Of a stretch of DNA of 64,000 bases, positions 58,110 through 64,000 are shown piece by piece. Numbering within the stretch: the first letter of the stretch is position 1; every line of letters begins with the position of its first letter. The position numbers and the translations under genes were made by a program. Source of the DNA: Spirochaetia bacterium (GTDB lineage Bacteria > Spirochaetota > Spirochaetia > CADAEX01); assembly GCA_963662795.1 (NCBI GenBank), contig OY759746.1, positions 512,001 through 576,000 of the forward strand. Reading direction: 5' to 3'. The notes under the pieces were generated by a model. That model did not search any database, was not told the origin of the DNA, and saw only the letters and a list, made by a program, of their open reading frames with translations.

Positions 58110-59192
58110 ATGAATATAGGAATAATCGGACTGCCTAAATCAGGCAAGACAACAATTTTCAACGCCCTCACCGGGCAGAATGCGGAAGTTACTGAATACT
58201 CTTCAGGGAAAGTAGAACCGAATGTAGCTATTGTAGATGTAGGCGATGAACGTGTTGACCGCCTTACTGAAATGTATAAACCAAAAAAAACTATCTATGC
58301 AACAACAGAATTCATTGATTTTGTAAGCGCCGCTTCAGGGGCCGGCAAACAGGGAGGCATCTTTTCAAGCGAAGGGATGACCCTTGTAAAAACTGCTGAT
58401 GCGCTCCTGATTGTTCTGCGGAATTTCAGCAAGGAAAGCCTTGATGAGAGCTTCGGAAAAGCAGACCCTGAAAGAGACCTCGGGACTATCCAGTCCGAAC
58501 TGATGCTTGCTGACCAGATAATCACTGAAAGACGGATATCACGCATTGAAGCTGACCACGGCAGGGGGAAAAAAACACCTCAGTCCCAGCTTGAAGAAAA
58601 AGTTATGCGCCGCATATTAAGCGCTCTTGAAGAGGGGAACTGGATAAGGACGATAGAATTTACGCCTGAAGAGCTTGGAGTAATAAGCGGTTTCAGGTTC
58701 CTGACAGCCAAACAGGCGCTTATTGTACTTAACTCAGGCGAGGATAATTACGGAAAAAACAGCACATTGCTTGAAAAACTCGGAGAAAAATATCCTGCCC
58801 TGGAGTTCGCGGGCAATTTTGAAATGGAACTTTCGCAGATGAGCAAAGAAGATGCAGAAGTTTTTATGGCTGATATGGGCATAACCACTTCAGCGCGCAA
58901 CCGCCTTACAGGTTTCGCATACAGCCTCCTCGGATATATAAGTTTTTTCACAGTCGGTGAGGATGAGGTACGCGCGTGGACAATCAGGAAGGATGATTCG
59001 GCCATCACTGCCGCAGGGGCAATTCACTCGGACCTTGCCAAAGGTTTTATCCGGGCTGAATGCTTCAGCTATGATGATTTAGTTACTTACGGCTCTGAAA
59101 AGGGCTTACGGGAAAAAGGGCACTTCAGGCTTGAGGGAAAGGAATACAAGGTTAAGGACGGAGATATCCTTAACATCAGGTTTAATATCTGA
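58110..59192 (+). CDS. ychF: YchF-family Obg-like ATPase (divergent G3 motif)
   Basis: 'GLPKSGKTT'; TGS/DUF933 C-terminus 'FFTVGEDEVRAW', 'AGAIHSDLAKGFIRAE', 'RLEGKEY.VKDGD'. Confidence 0.85.
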   Translation: MNIGIIGLPKSGKTTIFNALTGQNAEVTEYSSGKVEPNVAIVDVGDERVDRLTEMYKPKKTIYATTEFIDFVSAASGAGKQGGIFSSEGMTLVKTADALLIVLRNFSKESLDESFGKADPERDLGTIQSELMLADQIITERRISRIEADHGRGKKTPQSQLEEKVMRRILSALEEGNWIRTIEFTPEELGVISGFRFLTAKQALIVLNSGEDNYGKNSTLLEKLGEKYPALEFAGNFEMELSQMSKEDAEVFMADMGITTSARNRLTGFAYSLLGYISFFTVGEDEVRAWTIRKDDSAITAAGAIHSDLAKGFIRAECFSYDDLVTYGSEKGLREKGHFRLEGKEYKVKDGDILNIRFNI

Positions 59193-59214
59193 TCAACTTC
59201 CAGGATTGATCCTG

Positions 59215-60295
59215 CTAAGGGGCGATTCTGTAAAGTGCACCCCTTTTTTCATCTGTCAGAAGCCAGATAGACCCGTCAGGGGCCTCCCTGACATCCCTGA
59301 TCCGGCCGATTCTCTCTTTAAGCAGCATTTCCCTCTTCAATAACCTCATTACCTTTAAGTGCGACTCTCCGCAGGTGCTGCCCGGCAAGTGCCCCTGCAA
59401 AAAGATTTCCCTTCCACCCGGGGAAAAGTTTTCCGCTGTAGAACATCATCCCGGACGGGGCAATTGAAGGACTCCAGTGCAGTACCGGTTCCTCAATGCC
59501 GGGAGCCTGTGTCCTGCTGCTTATAATACTGCCGCTGTACTCCTTTCCAAATGTAACAAGAGGCCAGCCGTAGTTTGCGCCCGGCTTGATTATATTTACT
59601 TCATCGCCCCCTTTCGGGCCGTGTTCATGCTGCCAGATTTCACCGGTTTCAGGATGAACTGCCATCCCCTGCGCATTTCTGTGACCATAAGAATATATTT
59701 CAGGAAGCGCATCGCCTCTCCCTGTAAAAGGATTATTCCCGGGGATTGAACCGTCATCATTAAATCTTAAAGTAGAGCCGGCCGCATCATCAAGTTGCTG
59801 GGCCCGCCTTCTGTCGCCCCTCTCTCCTATGGTCATATAGATAGTCCCGTCAGGCGCAAAAACTATCCTTGAGCCGTAGTGAACACCGCTGCCGCTTAAC
59901 TGCGGAAGCTTATAAAGCACTTCTCCTCCGGTCAGGGTACTGCCGTCAAGCCTTCCCCTGTAAAGGGCTGTTCCGCTTCCCCCATTTCCTGAATAGGAGT
60001 ATGTAAAATAAATGATCCTGTTTGTTTTAAAATCAGGATGAAGTGCAATATCAAGAAGCCCCCCCTGCCCGCCGGTATGGATATCAGGAAGGCCTGAAAC
60101 ACGGGTAACTGTGCTGTTGCTATAAATCAGAAGACGTCCCGGCCTTTCTGTTATAAGGGTGGAGCTGTCCGGCAGAAAAGCCAGTGCCCATGGATTTTCA
60201 AGATTATCCAGAACTTTTACAAGATTAAATTCTGAAGGATATGCTGAAAAAAGGATAAAAAGGAAAATAACCGGTATCAGTATAATACGCTTCAT
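59215..60295 (-). pseudogene. PQQ-dependent glucose/sorbosone dehydrogenase, frameshifted near the C-terminus
   Basis: 'YGHRNAQG', 'EHGPKGGDE', 'GANYGWP', 'SIAPSG'; the final blade 'GRIRDVREAPDGSIWLLTD' is in another frame after an apparent extra base at 59331-59333. Confidence 0.8.
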
Positions 60296-60403
60296 ACACA
60301 GCTCCTTCAGATAAACTAATAATTCACCATATCTGAAGTCAAGGGAAACACATTCCATGGAATTAAATATTGAGAAGAAGAATATCCTGAAGAGCCGTCC
60401 GGT

Positions 60404-60751
60404 TCAATCGGATCCGGAAGAATCCGGGCGGTTCAGCTGTTTATCTATCCGGGAAAGTTTCTCATCAATTTCATCAACAGAAATATACCTGGCCTCCCGG
60501 ATAGTCTCTTTTCCATACACAAAAACAAGAATGGCCGGAATAGTATAAATTGAAAACTGCCCGGCAGCAGTTTCATCGTTATCAAGATTAAAATAGACTG
60601 ACTTTAATCTGTTGTATTTCCCGGCAATCGCCTCAATTTTAGGTTTAAGCGCTTTACATACACCGCAGGATGGGCGTGACAGATAAAAAAGGACAAATGA
60701 TTCACTTTTTATAATTTTTTCCATTTCTTCCCTGTTTGTTATTTCTTCCAT
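60404..60751 (-). CDS. Thioredoxin-family protein
   Basis: 'SCGVCKALKP', 'YTIPAILVF..GKE'. Confidence 0.88.
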   Translation of the reverse strand: MEEITNREEMEKIIKSESFVLFYLSRPSCGVCKALKPKIEAIAGKYNRLKSVYFNLDNDETAAGQFSIYTIPAILVFVYGKETIREARYISVDEIDEKLSRIDKQLNRPDSSGSD

Positions 60752-60876
60752 AATCAGCAATATGCCTCTTTTTTTTCAATAAATGACAGTTTAATTCTGC
60801 AAGCCCTATCCGCTCTACTTGTCTGAAGTCCCCATCAGCTATACCGGCCTTAAGCAGTCCCCGTGATAATTATTGC

Positions 60877-61494
60877 TCAGGATTGTTCCAGAATACTTAA
60901 TATCTGCTCAGCCGCGGCGCTTTGCGTCTGAGCTTCAACAGCAAGTTTTAATGCCAGGTTTTTTAATATTTTTTTTTCTTCCTGTTCATCAGCACTTTTC
61001 AGGGATTCCGGTTCTTTCAGTGATTCTGAAATTATCTGCGATGTTCTTTCTATTGCCTGCTTCTGATAATCACAGAACAATTCATAATATTTTTCAACCT
61101 CATTGTCCTGATTAACATTAAAATCCTTTAGAAGATTTGATAAATCAGGAATAGAAAGAACTTTCTTAAGTGAACAGACAACCGTAATCAGGGCAATATG
61201 CTCTTTTGAATATTTTTTCGCCTCCGCACGCGGAATTACACGGTCCTTGGTATAATTATTTATCATTGAACGGGTAACAACCTTCTCGTCCTCATTTCTC
61301 CTGTACATCGTCATCTGCCTGTCTAGAAAAGTAACAACCTGGTCCATATAAAGCTCAATTTCCGGGAGTCTCTTCCAGTTTACTGCCGAACAGCCGGCAA
61401 AATACCTGTTCCACTCAATAACTTCTTTTATCGGCGAACGGCCTTTCCCCGGCTCTGTATTTTTAATTTTTTCCAGTTTTTTCGATTTCCCCAT
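60877..61494 (-). CDS. DUF1836-family putative DNA-binding protein
   Basis: 'LPEIELYMDQV', 'TRSMINNYTK', 'KKYSKEHI', 'LKKVLSI'; start uncertain (61494 or 61551). Confidence 0.85.
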   Translation of the reverse strand: MGKSKKLEKIKNTEPGKGRSPIKEVIEWNRYFAGCSAVNWKRLPEIELYMDQVVTFLDRQMTMYRRNEDEKVVTRSMINNYTKDRVIPRAEAKKYSKEHIALITVVCSLKKVLSIPDLSNLLKDFNVNQDNEVEKYYELFCDYQKQAIERTSQIISESLKEPESLKSADEQEEKKILKNLALKLAVEAQTQSAAAEQILSILEQS

Positions 61495-61726
61495 ATTACG
61501 CCCCTGGCCCCTCCTGCCTGCTTTATGCCATATTCTGCGCCGTTTTTCCACATGCCCTGCTTTTTATACATCAGCATATGTTAAAACAGCAAAAGAATTA
61601 TTACAATATTTTTACATAGTTTACAATACCATGTGTTGAGCTTTTAAATACAATGTTTTATTTTAAAGTCACTGGAAAATATATTTTATAATTATTTTTC
61701 ATAAAAAAAACAGCAAGGTCGTATCT

Positions 61727-62440
61727 ATGGAATTTTTTGAAAAAAATGTTTATTTATTCGGTGATTCAATAGCAAAGGGGATTGTCTTTGACGACAGCCT
61801 GGGAAAATACACTCATCTGAAAAACAATTTCGCCTCTTCTGCCGCGAATTCCAACGGAGTAATTCTTAACAACAAGTCAATGTTCGGCTGCACAGTAAAC
61901 AAAGGTAAGGAAATCATAACCAGAGTACTTAACAGCCTTAATACGACAAAAAAAATTGATTATGCTTTTCTTGAATTCGGAGGGAATGACTGTGATCACA
62001 ACTGGGATGAAATATCGCTTCAGCCTTTGGTTAAACACAATCCGAATACACCTATCGATGAATTTATATCGGTTTACATAACTATTGTTGATACATTAAA
62101 AAAAAGCGGGATAACAACAGTTATAATGACCCTGCCCCCTATAGCATCTGATTTATATTTCAACTGGATAAGCAAGAACAATCCCCGGAAGAGCAATATT
62201 CTCAGCTGGCTTGGAGGCAATATCGAAAACATCTACTATTGGCATGAAAGGTATAACAGCGCGGTCTGGGAAGTAATAGAAAGAACAAAAAGCCTGATGA
62301 TCGATATAAGAAAATCTTTTCTTGAAGATAAAAATTACAAACGTTTTCTTTGTATAGATGGAATTCACCTGAATCAGGATGGGCACAATCTTGTAAAAGA
62401 AACTATTATAAATAACGTTATGATTTATAAACCGGTATAA
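61727..62440 (+). CDS. SGNH/GDSL hydrolase
   Basis: 'FGDSIAKG', 'EFGGND', 'DGIHLN'. Confidence 0.92.
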   Translation: MEFFEKNVYLFGDSIAKGIVFDDSLGKYTHLKNNFASSAANSNGVILNNKSMFGCTVNKGKEIITRVLNSLNTTKKIDYAFLEFGGNDCDHNWDEISLQPLVKHNPNTPIDEFISVYITIVDTLKKSGITTVIMTLPPIASDLYFNWISKNNPRKSNILSWLGGNIENIYYWHERYNSAVWEVIERTKSLMIDIRKSFLEDKNYKRFLCIDGIHLNQDGHNLVKETIINNVMIYKPV

Positions 62441-62441
62441 A

Positions 62442-63305
62442 TCATAAAGAGGTGAGCATTTTATATATCCCTTTAAAAAGCGGGCTGCCGGGGTCGGATG
62501 CCGCATCCACAATATTGAAATGGTTGTATTCGGGCATTAGGATATCGCCTTTGAGAACCTCTTTCCATTTTTCCCGAAGCATTCCGGTCTGTCTCAGGAA
62601 CTCATCTGATTCACTCCCCCCCACACTGGTGTAAAGTGAGACGCCACCCGCAGGTTTCATATTAACAGGACTTGCTTCCGCCGCAGTTTTTTCATCAAGC
62701 TTAAGATCTTCTTTTAAAAAGCCCGCATAAACAAGGGGCGCAAGGTCATAAATTCCGCTGATTGCAACGCATCCCTTAACTATCTGATTTAACGGAATGC
62801 CGCGGCGGCCCTTTCTCCCTTCTGTCATCATCATTGCAGCAAGGTGCGCTCCTGCAGAGTGGCCTGCGATAAAAATGCGGTCAGGGTTGCCGCCGTATTT
62901 TCCTGCGTTAAGGTATGTCCACTCAAGCGCTTCTGCCACCTGATCTGTTATCCGCGCAATAGAAACTGAAGGAGCAAGCGCATAGTTGGGCATAAATACG
63001 GCAGCTCCCGTTTCTGTAAACGGCGGGGCAAGAAATGAGAAGTCCCCCTTATCAAGACCTCTCCAGTATCCGCCGTGTATGAAAAAAAGGACAGGCGACT
63101 CCTCACGGACACGAGGGTAAAATATATCAATTGTCCCGCTTTTATCCTCCCCGTACCGGATATCAAGTTCACAGTCTGAATGCTTTCTTGCCTGTGATGA
63201 TTTTTTCTTCCAGCCGTGCATTATGGAAAGATGATCCGGAACCCTGAGGCGCGGATTATATTCATTATTCAAAAATTCTTCTGTATGATGAGTGTCCTGC
63301 GGCAT
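62442..63305 (-). CDS. Alpha/beta hydrolase, arylformamidase-like
   Basis: 'FIHGGYW', 'GHSAG', 'SGIYDL', 'NHF'. Confidence 0.88.
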   Translation of the reverse strand: MPQDTHHTEEFLNNEYNPRLRVPDHLSIMHGWKKKSSQARKHSDCELDIRYGEDKSGTIDIFYPRVREESPVLFFIHGGYWRGLDKGDFSFLAPPFTETGAAVFMPNYALAPSVSIARITDQVAEALEWTYLNAGKYGGNPDRIFIAGHSAGAHLAAMMMTEGRKGRRGIPLNQIVKGCVAISGIYDLAPLVYAGFLKEDLKLDEKTAAEASPVNMKPAGGVSLYTSVGGSESDEFLRQTGMLREKWKEVLKGDILMPEYNHFNIVDAASDPGSPLFKGIYKMLTSL

Positions 63306-63368
63306 TACATATTGTAAACCTCCTCAATATATTTGACAACAGCTGATTCAATGCCTAAGATAAAGGCA

Positions 63369-64000
63369 ATGAAAAATTTCAACAATCTTAAAGAAATCCT
63401 CCTCTCCTATGTTTTAGCTGAAACTTTAAAATCAGAGGATCCATACAGAAAGATTCTGCCTGAGTTTATAAATATTATCTGCGGCAATAAAGATGAACCC
63501 CCTGCTTTTAACAGCACAATTCCGGGCTTTGATCAGTTCCTTGAAATAGCAGCTGAAAAGGCACGCGGTGAACTTGAAAAAGCAGATATTGAGGATGCTT
63601 TAAGTGACAAGGCGGGAAATGACACCCTCTGGAGAATTTTTCACCCTGAAGCGCTTAATATAACAGGAAGGGAAAAAGAGGCTGAAAAAAATCTGCGTAA
63701 AAAAAGAACAGTAAAAATTACCAGGGGCCCTTTAAGTCCTGTGACAGACCCCGGGAGGGAACTGCTCTTTACCTCAAATATCCTGCTTACACTGCCGACT
63801 GAAAAAATGCTTAAGGAAGAACTTGAATTGTCTCCTCAGCTGCTCAGCCGGCTTAAGGGAATGCTGTCCCTGCCGCAGAAATACTGGTATGACCATCCGA
63901 TTCCCATAGGTATAAAGAAGGAGAATAACGAAGTTATTTACGGTCTTAAAAATCTCAACAGAGCTGTGGCATTTGAAAAAATACGCGGAACATGCGCTAA
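63369..64000 (+). CDS. Hypothetical protein, truncated by the window end
   Basis: Open frame from ATG 63369 to the window edge (MKNFNNLKEIL...LLFTSNILLT...WYDHPIPIG...); TTGACA-17 nt-TAAGAT promoter directly upstream. Confidence 0.8.
   Translation, partial: MKNFNNLKEILLSYVLAETLKSEDPYRKILPEFINIICGNKDEPPAFNSTIPGFDQFLEIAAEKARGELEKADIEDALSDKAGNDTLWRIFHPEALNITGREKEAEKNLRKKRTVKITRGPLSPVTDPGRELLFTSNILLTLPTEKMLKEELELSPQLLSRLKGMLSLPQKYWYDHPIPIGIKKENNEVIYGLKNLNRAVAFEKIRGTCA

Noticed and set aside
59327-59336. Programmed -1 frameshift at G GGA AAT in the dehydrogenase gene
   Set aside because: The heptamer fits X XXY YYZ, but the conserved C-terminus lies in the +1 frame, not -1
1-64000. CRISPR array, IS element, prophage or known defence system
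   Set aside because: No regularly spaced repeats and no transposase, integrase, phage structural or recognisable defence genes were seen

Overview
A 64-kb, gene-dense chromosomal segment, most likely from a free-living anaerobic spirochaete (Spirochaetales-like). This is inferred from the 'FAGGGKE/LAGGSGE'-type solute-binding-protein signal peptides, the lipoproteins, the FecR/PilZ proteins and hcp. No integrase, transposase, prophage or CRISPR array was seen. Housekeeping and metabolic genes: argH, clpB, tRNA-fMet, pncA/pncB-like, hcp, deoC, lipB/lipA, cobO, a ychF-like gene. Notable modules: (i) a DRTGG / CBS-RsbT-like kinase / DRTGG / PHP cassette without its usual Fe-S and hydrogenase partners; (ii) a methanogen-type homocysteine biosynthesis triad; (iii) a sugar-acid locus (split transketolase, GarR, TRAP, SDR, FadR regulator, gluconokinase) that suggests an undescribed pathway; (iv) a secreted VWA protein with a two-component system and tandem TTTTACA boxes; (v) an amino-acid operon built around an unknown His/acidic-motif protein; (vi) a ~520-aa protein with an interrupted HPr domain. 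Smaller signals: several readable operators, a leader attenuator, recurrent leaderless-type promoters, two unannotated small ORFs, an SRPBCC relic and a frameshifted glucose/sorbosone dehydrogenase. All family calls come from motif recognition only; no database searches were run.
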